Source: an uncultured cyanobacterium
GTDB lineage: Bacteria > Cyanobacteriota > Cyanobacteriia > Phormidesmidales > Phormidesmidaceae
NCBI GenBank assembly: GCA_963793265.1
Contig: CAWBZI010000006.1
Coordinates: 1,039,441-1,103,440 of the forward strand
DNA length: 64,000 nt
Direction: 5' to 3'
The position numbers and the translations under genes were made by a program. Positions within the stretch are counted from its first letter, which is position 1, and each line of letters opens with the position of its first letter. The notes beneath the pieces are model-generated. The model was not told the DNA's origin, made no database searches, and saw nothing but the letters and a program-made list of their open reading frames with translations. This document shows positions 24,048 to 35,486 of the stretch, piece by piece.

Positions 24048-24080
24048 TCTTATTTCAAGTTTTTTCTGCTCAACGACAGC

Positions 24081-24263
24081 TTACTCAACGACTCGGAGCC
24101 GACCCGCATTAAGGGCTTCGTATATTTTGTTGATCAGCGCTTCGTCCGCAGCGCTAATTTTGCCACTGGCAAACACCGACATTAAAAACGCCTGGTCAGT
24201 TCTCGTAATCTGACGAGCCGCAAATATTTTGGCAACTCTCTCTTCGATAGAAGGCATAGGCAA
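24081..24263 (-). CDS. Small cyanobacterial hypothetical protein (start may be ATG 24257)
   Basis: IFAARQITRTDQ...INKIYEALNAGRLRVVE resembles a recalled widespread ~60-aa cyanobacterial family. Confidence 0.7.
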   Translation of the reverse strand: MPMPSIEERVAKIFAARQITRTDQAFLMSVFASGKISAADEALINKIYEALNAGRLRVVE

Positions 24264-24453
24264 AATGGCGTCAGTCGCAATGGGCTGCTGGGTGTCAGAT
24301 TACTGACTTAAGCAGGCTTACAGCTAATAGGATGCCCGTTTTTACAAAGCTAGCCACCTAAATAGCTCAGTCAGTTGTACGCAACAAAAGACGCTATCGA
24401 ACTCAGATAGAACTTGATGAGCCAGTTTTGAAGGCGACTGTTCTAAAAGCTAT

Positions 24454-24490
24454 AAAAAAAGCAGAACCACCTGCATTAGGATAGTTCTGC
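24454..24490 (-). terminator. Intrinsic terminator after rpe
   Basis: GCAGAAC...GTTCTGC stem with a U-run on the minus strand. Confidence 0.6.
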
Positions 24491-24543
24491 CTTCGTGAGA
24501 AGACAGACTCTCGAAAGAACCTGCCTTCACGTTGCGCGTATCC

Positions 24544-25251
24544 CTACACAGCAGCTAGCTCAGGAACAGGACGCTTGCTGTTGCGAATATCTTTGATAGC
24601 CGTCGCATAATCATCTGCTTTAAAAACGGCAGAGCCAGCCACAATTGCGTTTGCACCGGCTTCTAGAACCTGCCAGGTGTTGTGAGACTTGAGGCCACCA
24701 TCAACTTCAATCCAGGGGTCAAGACCTCTTTCATCACACATCGCTCTGAGCTTTTGAATCTTAGGAATCACGCCTGGAATAAAGCTCTGCCCGCCAAAGC
24801 CAGGGTTTACACTCATGATCAAAATGAGGTCGCAAAGCTCTAGCGAGTACTCAATCATGTCAAGGCTGGTGCCAGGGTTAAGGACGACGCCTGCCTGCTT
24901 GCCACACTCTTTGATTTGGCCCAGTGTGCGGTGCAGGTGAGGAGATGCGTTGTGCTCGCAGTGAACTGAGATAATATCGGCACCTGCTTTAGCAAAGTCC
25001 TCTACGTACTTCTCAGGCTCTACAATCATCAGGTGCACGTCTAAAGGCTTATCAGTCATAGGCCGTACGGCTTCGACAATCATGGGGCCAATCGTGATGT
25101 TAGGCACAAAGCGACCGTCCATCACATCGATATGAATCCAGTCGGCACCTGCTTTATCAACGGCGCGGATTTCTTCACCCAAACGGCCAAAGTCAGCAGA
25201 CAAAATCGACGGTGAAATGACAACAGATTTATTGGACTGAGTATTTGCCAT
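24544..25251 (-). CDS. rpe: Ribulose-phosphate 3-epimerase
   Basis: [36 protein letters not shown]. Confidence 0.98.
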   Translation of the reverse strand: MANTQSNKSVVISPSILSADFGRLGEEIRAVDKAGADWIHIDVMDGRFVPNITIGPMIVEAVRPMTDKPLDVHLMIVEPEKYVEDFAKAGADIISVHCEHNASPHLHRTLGQIKECGKQAGVVLNPGTSLDMIEYSLELCDLILIMSVNPGFGGQSFIPGVIPKIQKLRAMCDERGLDPWIEVDGGLKSHNTWQVLEAGANAIVAGSAVFKADDYATAIKDIRNSKRPVPELAAV

Positions 25252-25525
25252 AGGGGAGCAGCCTCGCGCGAGTAAAATGTTTGCGTATAGCTATAGAGAA
25301 AGATCTATATAGTGTGATCATTGTAACAAAATATTTATACTCCCTATACGAAAGTTCAGGATTTGAAACTTAAGAGTCTGCGTTTAGGTGCTCAATTCAC
25401 GAACTCAAAGCTTAGAAGCGGCTGTGATAGGGAGACTGAATTTCTCAGGTTTTAATAACTTTAGCCAATTACGCTAGAGTTGCTTTATTGAATTTATCTC
25501 TTACTTTCATCGAACGGCGATCGCT

Positions 25526-27169
25526 ATGGGCATGACCGGACAATCATTTCAGTACTGGCAAACCCTTCTCAAAGGCGTTGGAAAGGGTATCGGCAAAGGT
25601 GCCGCTAAAGGCATTGGCTTTGGCGCACTGGCAATCGCACTCCCCGCCGTAGCCCTCTCCGATTCAGTTGGCCCAGGCGGTATAGATGCCCTCAGACTGC
25701 GCGAAGCACCCTACAACCTCACGGGTCGTAAAATCGCCATTGGGCAGGTAGAAATCGGTCGCCCCGGCCAGTTTGGGATTGATAAAATCGCCGATAGCGA
25801 GCTGCCTGTGCGGGTGGGGCGAATTTTTGAGCTAAACGGGCCTGCGATCGCCGACGAATCAGTAGACGGCCATGCTAACAACGTTGCCAGCGTCATGGTC
25901 AGCCAAGACAAGCTGCTTCAAGGCGTTGCCCCTGATGCCTTTTTATACTCTGCGGCGGTCGGCACCCTCACAGAATTTACCGGCCAGCAGGAAGAATGCT
26001 TAGCCTCTCAGCACGTTGCTCTGCAAAATAGCGGCGACGTTCGCGCCATCAACTTCAGCTTTGGCGAACCGCTCAGCCGAGACGAGCGGCCCAACGCGCA
26101 GCTAGACGGTGAAGCGCTCCTTACCCAGTGCATTGACTGGTCGTCTCGCGTCCACAAGCTGCTCTACGTCATCGCCGGGAACCAGGGCCGAGGCGGCATT
26201 CCCATTCCTACTGACAACTTCAACGGCATCAACGTCGCCTACTCCAAACGAGTTGATGGCCAGTTCGTTCGAGTAGACTACGCCAACCTCAGCAGTGAGC
26301 CCGTCCGCACCTCTTACTACGGCACCGGCCCAGAATCGAATGTCGGGGCGCGCCGCTCCATCAATATCGTCGCCCCCGGCAGCAATATTGAAATGTTCGA
26401 TCCTAACGGTAGTCGGATCACCAGCAGCGGCAGCAGCTTTGCCGCGCCTCATGTGGTGGCCACCGTTGCCCTATTGCAAGAGTTTGGCGATCGTCAGTTC
26501 CGCGCCGGAGCCGAGCAGTGGAGCTTGGATTCTAGAGAGCCGCTGGTGATGAAGTCAGTGATTCTTAACGCCGCCGATAAACTTCAGGACACAGGCGACG
26601 GCAAGCTACTGGGCATGAGCCGCACCTTATTAGATGAAAGCGGGCGCGATTGGACAAACGGGGATGCCTATACCGACCAAAGCATTCCACTCCACGCCGA
26701 GCTAGGCACGGGTCATCTCAATGCGTTTAGAGCCTACGAGCAGCTTGCGGGCGGCGAGTGGGCACCCGGAAACGTCCCGGCTATCGGCTGGAACTACAGC
26801 AGTGAAGACTCAGATACCGCTAGCTCAAGTACTGAAGACTACATTTTCGAGCAGCCACTTGAGGGCGGCAGCTACGTTAGCGCAACCCTCTCTTGGGATC
26901 GCATCGTAGATATCAACTCTGATGACGACTATTTTGATGCTGGAGAAAACTTTACTGGCAAAGCGCTTGATAACTTAGACCTTTACCTTTTGCCCGCAGA
27001 TACAGACGACTTGAGCCAAAGCGTGTGGTCTTCAGTGAGTACCGAAGACAGTCTAGAACACCTTTTTATTCCAGTGCCGACGGACGGACGCTATAAGCTG
27101 CGCGTTGTGCAAAGAGGCGAAGAAGTGCAGCCCTATGCGATCGCCTGGTGGGCAAAACCAGCTTCGTAA
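25526..27169 (+). CDS. S8 subtilisin-like serine peptidase, secreted
   Basis: DGHANNVAS (His), AGN (oxyanion Asn), GSSFAAPHV (Ser); AIGQVEIG at the acidic position. Confidence 0.85.
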   Translation: MGMTGQSFQYWQTLLKGVGKGIGKGAAKGIGFGALAIALPAVALSDSVGPGGIDALRLREAPYNLTGRKIAIGQVEIGRPGQFGIDKIADSELPVRVGRIFELNGPAIADESVDGHANNVASVMVSQDKLLQGVAPDAFLYSAAVGTLTEFTGQQEECLASQHVALQNSGDVRAINFSFGEPLSRDERPNAQLDGEALLTQCIDWSSRVHKLLYVIAGNQGRGGIPIPTDNFNGINVAYSKRVDGQFVRVDYANLSSEPVRTSYYGTGPESNVGARRSINIVAPGSNIEMFDPNGSRITSSGSSFAAPHVVATVALLQEFGDRQFRAGAEQWSLDSREPLVMKSVILNAADKLQDTGDGKLLGMSRTLLDESGRDWTNGDAYTDQSIPLHAELGTGHLNAFRAYEQLAGGEWAPGNVPAIGWNYSSEDSDTASSSTEDYIFEQPLEGGSYVSATLSWDRIVDINSDDDYFDAGENFTGKALDNLDLYLLPADTDDLSQSVWSSVSTEDSLEHLFIPVPTDGRYKLRVVQRGEEVQPYAIAWWAKPAS

Positions 27170-27191
27170 GTCAGCTCTAAAAATCCATAGC

Positions 27192-27226
27192 AAAAACCCC
27201 CGAAAAGGTTAACTTTCGGGGGTTTT
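27192..27226. terminator. Bidirectional terminator between the peptidase and tRNA-His
   Basis: AAAAACCCCCGAAA...TTTCGGGGGTTTT. Confidence 0.85.
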
Positions 27227-27238
27227 ACGCTGTTAAAG

Positions 27239-27312
27239 GGCGAACGACGGGACTTGAACCCGCGAATGGTGGAATCACAATCCACTGCCTTAACCACTTG
27301 GCCACGCTCGCC
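27239..27312 (-). tRNA. trnH: tRNA-His (GTG) with encoded G-1
   Basis: Reverse complement reads GGCGAGCG...GTGGA-TTGTGAT-TCCAC...GTTCAAGTCCCGTCGTTCGCC. Confidence 0.96.
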
Positions 27313-27678
27313 ATATTTGGACTATTAGTATATCACCGTTTTTTTACCTATCGCTAACTATTTTCAAAATTTTCTTCAGAAGAAAAATGCAGCTATAAGA
27401 GGCCGAAAGCCCCTTGCGTAGGATATTTGGGCATAATCTTTAAGCTAACAGAAAAGGAAAATTAGAGCTGAAGGTAGCGATTGGCGAAGATAGCGATCGC
27501 CTATGCGAGCTATCGAAGTTTGCGATCGCTTGTTGAGAAGAGACAGCTCAGAACTGCTACTTCCGATACAACCCTTTGTAAACGAAATATTGAATAATAG
27601 TCATTAGACTCTTCAAAGTTCCTCAAGTCCGCTATCAATAGAAATAGTCCGTTCATACTTACATTAAAGAGGTGTCTT

Positions 27679-28593
27679 TTGAAACCTGTGGTTGCTTCTA
27701 CTGCTTACTTACTGATCTCGCACGGTAGCCGAGATCCTCGTCCGCAGGAGGCCATGAACCGGCTAGCAGACTTGGTGCGCCAGCATTTAGAGGCGTCAGT
27801 TCAGACTACAGAGCAGTCGCCGCAGAGCGATCACAGCGCTTCAAGAGAACCCGTAGCTTCACCCAACGAACGTGCTTTTTTCGACGCTAGCTTCAATGGC
27901 AGCCCAGAAGAGCGTCACAGCAGCAATGCCACAACTTTACTCGCCAGACCTAAACTACAGACCCTACCGACAAGACCTACTGAAATCATCGTCGGCACGG
28001 CCTGTTTAGAACTAGCGCCGATTCCACTAAGCCAGCAGATCTATGAATTTGGGCTCAGGTTAGAAGCCGCAGGGATAAAAGAGCTAAAGCTGCTACCCGT
28101 GTTTTTGATGCCAGGCGTGCACGTTATGAAAGACATTCCTGAAGAAATAGCAGCGGCTGAAGTGTTACTCAAAGACGTCTCTATTAAGCTCACCCTTTGT
28201 CCTCACTTAGGCAGTCATACCAAAATCAACGAAGTGTTAGCAGGCCGTTTGGCTTCAGTACCAGCAGAGGGCTCTATTCTGGTAGCTCACGGCAGTCGTA
28301 GACCCAAAGGGAACCAGGCTATCAAAGGGTTGGCAAAGCGGCTTAATACAGCCGTTGCCTATTGGTCAACGCCGCCAGATATTGAGTCGCAGGTGATCGA
28401 CCTGATGCAACAGGGCTGTCAAAAGCTCACCATTTTGCCTTACTTCCTATTTGCAGGCGGCATCACTGATGCCATCACTCATCGCACAGAAGAGCTAGCG
28501 GAGCGTTTCCCTAAGGTCAACTTTCGACTGCTACCAACGCTAGGCGCGACCGAGGAAGTTGCTGGCCTAGCAGTAGAGCTAATTAGACGTTAA
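27679..28593 (+). CDS. Sirohydrochlorin chelatase (CbiX/SirB family)
   Basis: Two HGSR motifs, LPVFLMPGVHV, PYFLFAGGITD; lies upstream of cobA. Confidence 0.88.
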   Translation: MKPVVASTAYLLISHGSRDPRPQEAMNRLADLVRQHLEASVQTTEQSPQSDHSASREPVASPNERAFFDASFNGSPEERHSSNATTLLARPKLQTLPTRPTEIIVGTACLELAPIPLSQQIYEFGLRLEAAGIKELKLLPVFLMPGVHVMKDIPEEIAAAEVLLKDVSIKLTLCPHLGSHTKINEVLAGRLASVPAEGSILVAHGSRRPKGNQAIKGLAKRLNTAVAYWSTPPDIESQVIDLMQQGCQKLTILPYFLFAGGITDAITHRTEELAERFPKVNFRLLPTLGATEEVAGLAVELIRR

Positions 28594-28776
28594 TTAACTG
28601 GGCCTGACCGAAAATCCAAACGGCAACTGCGGCCCATCTCGTATCGTAGCTGGCAAAACATTAGTGGCCCTTTTGCTTGAATAGTGCCATAACCTTTAAT
28701 TTAGCCTCAGCTCGTAAGCGCTAAGGCTATTGTTTTCATAAGATTAATTTCTCCTGCAAAAGCCCTATTGCTGACT

Positions 28777-29622
28777 ATGCCGTCTAACTTATCCAATGCT
28801 TCGCGATCGCTACAACCTGACAAGCAGCCTTCGGTCAATACGCTAGGAAAGGTGTATCTGGTAGGGGCAGGGCCAGGCGATCCGGGGCTGCTGACGGTGA
28901 AGGCAAAGACACTGGTGGAGTGCGCAGACGTAGTGGTGTTCGATGCTTTGGTAAGTGAGCCGATATTAGGACTGATTAATCCGCGAGCCGAACGCATTCA
29001 CGCAGGCAAACGGCGGGGGCGGCACTCGATGTCTCAAGCTGAAATTACGCAGGTGTTGCACCAAAAGGCTCAGAAGCACGCCGTTGTGGTGCGGCTTAAA
29101 GGCGGCGACCCGTTTGTATTTGGGCGGGGCGGCGAAGAGATGGGCGACCTGATGGCAGCAGGGGTGCCGGTTGAGGTAGTACCGGGGATTACAGCGGGAA
29201 TTGCAGCACCAGCCTACGCAGGGATTCCGGTGACGCACCGAGGGTATAGCTCGTCGGTCACGTTTGTGACCGGTCATGAGTCGGCGGGGAAGTATCGGCC
29301 AGATGTGAACTGGCAGGCGATCGCGCAAGCCTCAGAAACCATCGTGATCTACATGGGTGTGCACAATCTACCGAACATCACACACTCACTCATGAATGCT
29401 GGCTTACCCGCTGAAACGCCTGTAGCTTTGGTTCGATGGGGCACGAGGCCCGAGCAAGAGGAGCTGATAGGCACTTTGGGCAGCATTGTTGAGAAGGTGG
29501 CCGCGAGTGGGTTTGAGGCTCCGGCGATCGCAATTGTCGGCAAAGTCGTCGATCTCAAATCGCAGCTAGCACCGGCTTCTCCTATGCATAACGAACACTG
29601 GAATGCCGTTCAAAGCAGCTAA
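28777..29622 (+). CDS. cobA: Uroporphyrinogen-III C-methyltransferase
   Basis: VYLVGAGPGDPGLLT, RLKGGDPFVFGRGGEE, VPGITA, FVTGHE. Confidence 0.96.
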   Translation: MPSNLSNASRSLQPDKQPSVNTLGKVYLVGAGPGDPGLLTVKAKTLVECADVVVFDALVSEPILGLINPRAERIHAGKRRGRHSMSQAEITQVLHQKAQKHAVVVRLKGGDPFVFGRGGEEMGDLMAAGVPVEVVPGITAGIAAPAYAGIPVTHRGYSSSVTFVTGHESAGKYRPDVNWQAIAQASETIVIYMGVHNLPNITHSLMNAGLPAETPVALVRWGTRPEQEELIGTLGSIVEKVAASGFEAPAIAIVGKVVDLKSQLAPASPMHNEHWNAVQSS

Positions 29623-29664
29623 AGCATAAACTGGATCTACAACGGATCACGGGAGAGAAGTGCA

Positions 29665-30600
29665 TTGGCTCAGGCTATAGAGGAGACGGTTGGAGGAAGT
29701 GAACCGACTCGATTGGATCGCTGGATTGCTAAAGCGGTGGATAGCCTTTCGCGAAACCGGGTGCAAAAGCTGATTGAGCAGGGCGCGGTGCAGGTAAACG
29801 GGACGGTATGCGTGCAGAAAAAGGCGCTGGTGAGTGGAGGCGATCGCATCCATATCCACATTCCAGAACTGGCCCCTTACAGCCTCACACCAGAAGACAT
29901 CCCGCTCGATATCCTCTATGAAGACGATCAGCTCCTGATGATTAATAAATCAGCAGGCATGGTTGTTCATCCTGCACCGGGTCATGCAACAGGCACACTT
30001 GTTCACGCCCTTTTGTTTCACTGCGGCGACCAGCTCACAGGCGTCGGCGGCGTCCAGCGTCCTGGAATCGTGCACCGACTCGACAAAAATACGACGGGTG
30101 TTATGGTGGCAGCGAAAACGGAGCTAGCACTGCATAGCTTGCAGGGCCAAATTCAGGCCAAAACCGCGCGGAGAGAATATCTAGGGGTGGTTAACGGCGC
30201 GCCTCAAGCAGAGCAGGGAACGGTCGATCAGCCGATAGGTCGCCATCCGAAGAACCGTAAAAAGATGGCGATTATTCCAGTAGAGGCAGGTGGGCGCGCA
30301 GCCGTCACACATTGGAAGAGTATAGAAAGGCTCGGCAACTATACTTTGATTCAATTTCAGCTAGAAACCGGGCGTACCCATCAAATCAGAGTGCACAGCG
30401 CCTATATGAATCACCCCATCGTGGGCGACCCTGAGTATGGCTCAGGTAAATCTTTGGGCGTAAAGCTACCGGGGCAGGCGCTTCACGCTTTTCGGCTAAC
30501 GCTGGCACATCCGGTTACCCAAGAGACGATTGTAGGCGAAGCCCCTGTGCCTGAGCGGATGGAGAAATTGTTAGGGAAGCTGCGTTCGCTTCAGCGTTGA
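29665..30600 (+). CDS. rluD: RluA-family pseudouridine synthase with S4 domain (RluD-like)
   Basis: RLDRWI..SRNRVQKLI, VHRLDKNTTG, LETGRTHQIRVH. Confidence 0.92.
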   Translation: MAQAIEETVGGSEPTRLDRWIAKAVDSLSRNRVQKLIEQGAVQVNGTVCVQKKALVSGGDRIHIHIPELAPYSLTPEDIPLDILYEDDQLLMINKSAGMVVHPAPGHATGTLVHALLFHCGDQLTGVGGVQRPGIVHRLDKNTTGVMVAAKTELALHSLQGQIQAKTARREYLGVVNGAPQAEQGTVDQPIGRHPKNRKKMAIIPVEAGGRAAVTHWKSIERLGNYTLIQFQLETGRTHQIRVHSAYMNHPIVGDPEYGSGKSLGVKLPGQALHAFRLTLAHPVTQETIVGEAPVPERMEKLLGKLRSLQR

Positions 30601-30630
30601 CAGGCTGGCTAGGCTGGCTTTAAATTGCAT

Positions 30631-30662
30631 AAAAAAAGCCGAGGCGGTAAAACCACCCCGGC
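30631..30662 (-). terminator. Terminator after cpcG
   Basis: GCCGAGGCGGT/ACCACCCCGGC stem with a U7 run on the minus strand. Confidence 0.6.
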
Positions 30663-30695
30663 AGATAACCTTTTGAGGAAAGAACAAATCAAGCG

Positions 30696-31484
30696 TTAGC
30701 TATCCGAACCGTTACCGTTCACAGGTACGTCTAGCTTACGGAAAGGTACAGAGGCACCAATATTGATAGTCGCCGTGTTAACGCGAGGCGTAGCGGCCGG
30801 ACGAGCGTTCACGCTGCGAGCCATGTCGAGATAGAGCGCAGGATTACCAGCCGTTGCCTTTTTCTCTTGGGGCTTGAAGCCGCGAACTTCGTCTTGCCAG
30901 ATAATTTGGGGGAAGCCCAAAATGCCACGGTAGTAGTCATCGTAGCGAGGCGACTTGATATCGAAAGGACGCTGGCCGATCTCACGACCCGGCAAAATCC
31001 GACGACGGTAGTAAGGCACGATGTCGTAGCCAAAGTTTTCCATGTACTCGTCGCTATCTAGCAACTCGTCAATGAAGCCTTCAACGCCTTTAGTCCCAAT
31101 TTTGATAGACCAGGCAATTTTCTCGCGCTCGTTGTAGGGATCGCGGCCTAATGCACGCTGAATGACCTGCTCTACGAAGCGATAGTTGCTGTTCTTGGCG
31201 TAGTAGTTTCTGAGGAAAGTATCAGAAAGCAATAGGCCGCGAATGAAGTCGCGTACGGTAATTTGGCTATTGCGGAGCTGAGACTCAAGCGGTGCTTCGC
31301 GGTCGGCCTTAAAGGCGTAGAAGAAGATCTGACGGTAGGCCGCTTCGATCAGCTCAGTCATTTCGCTGTACTCAAGCAGAGCCTCAGCACTGTAAATTCT
31401 GGGCTGATCGTCGCCCTGGACTGTATACCCCTCTACCCTTTGGTTCTGGCTTTTGGGGGGGTAATTCAATAACGGAAGAGCCAC
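30696..31484 (-). CDS. cpcG: Phycobilisome rod-core linker
   Basis: [40 protein letters not shown]; hydrophilic C-terminus, so not CpcL. Confidence 0.95.
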   Translation of the reverse strand: MALPLLNYPPKSQNQRVEGYTVQGDDQPRIYSAEALLEYSEMTELIEAAYRQIFFYAFKADREAPLESQLRNSQITVRDFIRGLLLSDTFLRNYYAKNSNYRFVEQVIQRALGRDPYNEREKIAWSIKIGTKGVEGFIDELLDSDEYMENFGYDIVPYYRRRILPGREIGQRPFDIKSPRYDDYYRGILGFPQIIWQDEVRGFKPQEKKATAGNPALYLDMARSVNARPAATPRVNTATINIGASVPFRKLDVPVNGNGSDS

Positions 31485-31575
31485 GCTTGAATCTCCAACA
31501 CTTGTATAAACGGCTGCAAATATTTACTAATCATAAAGGCGCTAGGCCCTGCCAAAGGAATAGTCTGAGGAAATC

Positions 31576-31593
31576 ATTACACAGCTTAACATT
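31576..31593. promoter_or_regulatory. Candidate HLR1 (RpaB) direct repeat upstream of cpcG
   Basis: ATTACACA-GC-TTAACATT, about 45-60 nt upstream of a minus-strand TATGAT -10 element (~31530-31535). Confidence 0.45.
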
Positions 31594-31721
31594 TACGCAA
31601 GAGCCTACTTCCAAGGCTTTAGCTGAAAGTGATGTCAGATCGTCGCTTTGTTTTTGAGAGGATTCGAGGCAGTTTCGACAAGAAAACTCATATTCCGAAA
31701 CATTCTTCTCATGAATTGCTT

Positions 31722-32387
31722 TTACGAGATGTTTTGCTGTGCGATCACCCAGTCATCAGGCGTATTGCAGTTAAATAATCTCGCTGGCGGAAAGTCGGTA
31801 TAAGCGATAACCGATAGGTCTTTTAGCCAAGCTTGAAAGGATCGCTGGCGTCTAGATGTCTGTGAGTCCTGAGCCCCCAGGTGACGATGCAAAGCTGGTA
31901 AACACTGGCGATGGTAGAAGCCACAAAGCGGTTCCCAATGCTTCTGATCTGATGTTTGAGGGTGTGGAATTAAGGAGGCGGCTGTGGTGCTAGAGATCTG
32001 CTGACGACACAGCCAAGCCCACCATTGACTTAAGGGTTCGGGCTGCAAATAAGGCATGTCGCAGGCGAGGAGAAGACACCAGTCGGCATGAATATGCGCC
32101 CAGCCTTGAGCGAATCCGCTTAGAGGGCCAGTAGATGAGCGGTCGGCAGCCGTTTGCTCTTGAATGAGTGAAACCTCTGGCAGTAGAAGTGATCGGTAGC
32201 GATCGGGCCAGGGGGTTACGACTGCGATATCTGAGGTTAGCTGTTGAGCAACTTGAGCCGTTCGAGTGAGTAATGGCTGACCGTCAGGCGTTTTTAGAAG
32301 CGCTTTGTCAGTGCCCATACGCTGAGAGCGACCACCAGCTAGGATGAGTGCTGCGAGCGTGGGGGGTTGGTTGAGCGATCGCATCAA
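31722..32387 (-). CDS. mobA: Molybdenum cofactor guanylyltransferase
   Basis: LILAGGRSQRMGTDKA, GPLSG, LACDMP, FNCNTPDD. Confidence 0.93.
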   Translation of the reverse strand: MMRSLNQPPTLAALILAGGRSQRMGTDKALLKTPDGQPLLTRTAQVAQQLTSDIAVVTPWPDRYRSLLLPEVSLIQEQTAADRSSTGPLSGFAQGWAHIHADWCLLLACDMPYLQPEPLSQWWAWLCRQQISSTTAASLIPHPQTSDQKHWEPLCGFYHRQCLPALHRHLGAQDSQTSRRQRSFQAWLKDLSVIAYTDFPPARLFNCNTPDDWVIAQQNIS

Positions 32388-32405
32388 AATCCTAAAAACA
32401 GCGAT

Positions 32406-33176
32406 TCAATAAGGCTTACGATTAGGCGGAGTCGGATTTGTCAGGCTTACAGGCTGAGTGGCTTCATTCTGACGCTTATTCTCAGCCCAATCGCGACCCT
32501 TAAAGTAATAAATCAGAGCCGTTAGCGCTGCGATTGTCATGTACATAAACCGAACGAGCCAGCCGACCTTCTCAAAGACATACGCCACCGCATCGGCTCT
32601 AGGATCTTCGTAGCTAGCTAGCTCCCTGGTCAAGAGCTGACTGGGATTGCCCGTCCCAGCCTCTAAGCTTTTGCGCAGCGTTGGCAGCTCGGCGACTTCA
32701 GTACTGTAAGGATAAAAGCCAAAAAAGCCGCCCCGGCCCGTTTCGCGCGTTAAGAAAGCGTTCGTTACAGTCTTGGCTTCTGCATAGGGAATGTTGGCAC
32801 GAGTCGCCACTCGCTGTATCCAAAGATGTTGCAGCATCAAGTAGCTAGCGCTAAATACAAAAGGGCTCACAACGACGAGCAAGGCTACTTTTGCAGCCTG
32901 ATGCCAGCGAGCAGGAAGGAGGTACGTCGCTGCGCCGATACCGCTTGCCAAAAGCGCAAACACAATTAAATTCGAGATTTCAGCAATTTCGATGCTCCGC
33001 AAAAATCCGCCGACCCAGGGCAGCGAGTACAGGTAAGCTTCGGCCAAACCAGCGGCCAGTGCCTTAAGCGCAGCCATCAACAAGCTCAGCCCAACGCCAA
33101 TGGCAAAAAAGAGAGGAATGCGGGTGCGATTGGCAGCGGGCTGCTTGTTAAGAGGTCGCTTAAGGTTGGGGGCCAT
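32406..33176 (-). CDS. Hypothetical membrane protein
   Basis: 256-aa ORF with about 4 hydrophobic segments; fills the gap between dxs and mobA. Confidence 0.75.
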   Translation of the reverse strand: MAPNLKRPLNKQPAANRTRIPLFFAIGVGLSLLMAALKALAAGLAEAYLYSLPWVGGFLRSIEIAEISNLIVFALLASGIGAATYLLPARWHQAAKVALLVVVSPFVFSASYLMLQHLWIQRVATRANIPYAEAKTVTNAFLTRETGRGGFFGFYPYSTEVAELPTLRKSLEAGTGNPSQLLTRELASYEDPRADAVAYVFEKVGWLVRFMYMTIAALTALIYYFKGRDWAENKRQNEATQPVSLTNPTPPNRKPY

Positions 33177-33398
33177 GCGCGTAACAAAAGGGGATAGGCA
33201 CTAGCCAAGCGGCCAGCAGAATCGAAATCTTCGTACAAATACTATCTTTATCAAAACACTGTGCTTGCGAAATTCAAAGCAATATAGAAAGCGCTAAGCG
33301 AGATTTGAAGTTAAAAAGGTCGGCGTGCGATCGCCGACCTCCAGAATCACTCAGCCAAAATCACTCAGCCGCAAAAGCAGCCGAGAAGATAGAGCAAA

Positions 33399-35312
33399 CT
33401 ACACCTTCTCAGCTAGCTCAAGTGGAGACTCGCCTAGCTTGAACTGCTGCAAAATTCGCTCAGCCATTTGCGCAGGCATTAGCCCCAGAGTCGCTCTTGA
33501 TTGATCGGGCGAGGCGTGATCTACTAGCTCGTCAGGAACGCCCAGGCGCAGCAGATCAGGGGTCATTTTGCGGTCGAAGAGTTCTTCAGCGATCGCTGAA
33601 CCAAAGCCACCCATCAAGCAGCCATCTTCTAAGGTCACCACGCGGCCAATCTTTTCAATAATCGGCAGCATCAGCTCCGTATCTAATGGCTTAGCAAAGC
33701 GCGCATTAATCACCGTCGCTTCTACGCCGTGCTCACTCAAAATCTCAGCCGTCTGCATCGCCGGATACACCATAGCCCCGTAGCCAATCAGCATCACATC
33801 GTCACCCTGACGCAAAAGCTCAGCCTTCCCAATCGGTAGCGGCTGCCAGCCCGATTCCATCAGCGGCACACCATAGCCGCTGCCACGCGGAAAACGTACG
33901 GCAATCGGCCCATCGTAGTCCACGCCCGTCACCACCATGCGCTGAAGCTCGGCCTCATCTTTAGGAGCCATCAGCACCATGTTAGGAATGCAGCGCAGGT
34001 AGGCAATGTCATACATACCCTGGTGGGTAGGGCCATCGACGCCGACGATGCCAGCGCGGTCTAGGGCCAAGAACACTGGCAGCTTTTGGATGCAGATGTC
34101 GTGAACAATCTGGTCGAAGGCACGCTGTAAGAAGGTGGAATAAATGACAGGGACAGGCTTCATGCCCTCGCACGCAAGACCGGCTGCAAGCGTGACGGCG
34201 TGTTGCTCTGCGATGCCAACGTCAATGTACTGCTTAGGCAGCTTGGCCTGAAGCAAATCGAGCCTTGTGCCTGTAGCCATCGCAGCAGTAATGCCTACAA
34301 TAGTGGGATCTTTCTCAGCCAAAGTAATGAGCGTTTCTGCAAATACTTTGGAGTAGCCAGGCGGCTTAGGCTTATTCGCTGGAATCTTTTGCCCAGTTTC
34401 TAAGTCAAACGGGGACTGCGCGTGATAGCCGACCTGATCTTTCTCGGCAATTTCGTACCCTTTGCCTTTCACAGTGACGACGTGAACCAGCACAGGGCCG
34501 CCGTGCTTATGCGCTTCTTTAAAGGCGGTGATCAGTTCAGGCAAGTTGTGACCGTCTACCGGGCCCATGTAGGTAAAGCCAAGCTCTTCAAAAACTGCGC
34601 CGACTTTAGAAACGGCCAGGCGCTTCACGCCTTCTTTAATCCGGCCTAGCTCAGGGGTCAGCGACTCGCTAAAGGGAAGCTGCTTGATTTGCTCCTCAAG
34701 ATTGTCAGTGAGAAACTGCATGGGCGGGCTCAGGCGCATTTTGTTGAGATAGCGCGGGATCGCTCCGACATTGGGCGAAATCGACATTTCGTTGTCGTTG
34801 AGCACGACCACCAAGTTAGTGTCTGGCATGTGCCCGGCGTGGTTAATGGCTTCTAAGGCCATGCCACCTGTGAGTGCACCGTCGCCAATGATGGCGGCTA
34901 CTTTGAAGTCTTCGCCTTTGAGATCGCGCGCGATCGCCATTCCCAAGGCCGCTGAAATACTGGTCGAGGCATGACCTGCACCAAAGTGATCAAAGCGGCT
35001 TTCTGAGCGCTTCAGGTATCCAGCGACGCCATCTTTTTGCCGGAGCGTATGAAAATCTTTGTAGCGGCCCGTAAGCAATTTGTGCGGATAAGCCTGGTGG
35101 CCCACATCCCAAACCACCTTATCGCGATCAAGATCAAGGGTTTGGTAGAGCCCCAGGGTGAGTTCGACCACGCCAAGGCCAGGGCCTAAGTGGCCGCCGC
35201 TGGCGGCAATCGTTTGCAGGTGCTTGTCTCTAATCTGTTGAGCAATTTTTTCTAGCTGGGTGACCGACAGGCCATGCAACTGGTTGGGGTGGGTGATGTC
35301 ACTCAGATGCAT
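33399..35312 (-). CDS. dxs: 1-deoxy-D-xylulose-5-phosphate synthase
   Basis: [52 protein letters not shown]. Confidence 0.99.
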   Translation of the reverse strand: MHLSDITHPNQLHGLSVTQLEKIAQQIRDKHLQTIAASGGHLGPGLGVVELTLGLYQTLDLDRDKVVWDVGHQAYPHKLLTGRYKDFHTLRQKDGVAGYLKRSESRFDHFGAGHASTSISAALGMAIARDLKGEDFKVAAIIGDGALTGGMALEAINHAGHMPDTNLVVVLNDNEMSISPNVGAIPRYLNKMRLSPPMQFLTDNLEEQIKQLPFSESLTPELGRIKEGVKRLAVSKVGAVFEELGFTYMGPVDGHNLPELITAFKEAHKHGGPVLVHVVTVKGKGYEIAEKDQVGYHAQSPFDLETGQKIPANKPKPPGYSKVFAETLITLAEKDPTIVGITAAMATGTRLDLLQAKLPKQYIDVGIAEQHAVTLAAGLACEGMKPVPVIYSTFLQRAFDQIVHDICIQKLPVFLALDRAGIVGVDGPTHQGMYDIAYLRCIPNMVLMAPKDEAELQRMVVTGVDYDGPIAVRFPRGSGYGVPLMESGWQPLPIGKAELLRQGDDVMLIGYGAMVYPAMQTAEILSEHGVEATVINARFAKPLDTELMLPIIEKIGRVVTLEDGCLMGGFGSAIAEELFDRKMTPDLLRLGVPDELVDHASPDQSRATLGLMPAQMAERILQQFKLGESPLELAEKV

Positions 35313-35362
35313 ATCGAATCCTCTCTTAATCGGCTGTTGTATCGGTGGTTGTGGCGCACACT

Positions 35363-35486
35363 GTCATTCGGGCGATGGGCGTCATTCGGGCGATGGGCGT
35401 CGTTCAAGCGACGGTCTGCTGGGCAGTGGACTGGGCGCTTGCTCTGGTCTTTGCTCTGGTCTTTTCTCTGGCGCTTGCTTTGGCCA
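35363..35486. repeat. Two short tandem-repeat blocks upstream of dxs (18 bp x ~3; 12 bp x ~4)
   Basis: GTCATTCGGGCGATGGGC x2 plus one degenerate copy (35363-35416); TTGCTCTGGTCT x2 plus two degenerate copies (35439-35486). Confidence 0.85.

Noticed and set aside
25320..25345. Possible NtcA box upstream of rpe (also checked upstream of the chelatase at ~27577)
   Set aside because: Only the GTA half-site is present; the GTA-N8-TAC spacing is not met.
30696..31484. Possible CpcL
   Set aside because: There is no hydrophobic C-terminal membrane anchor.
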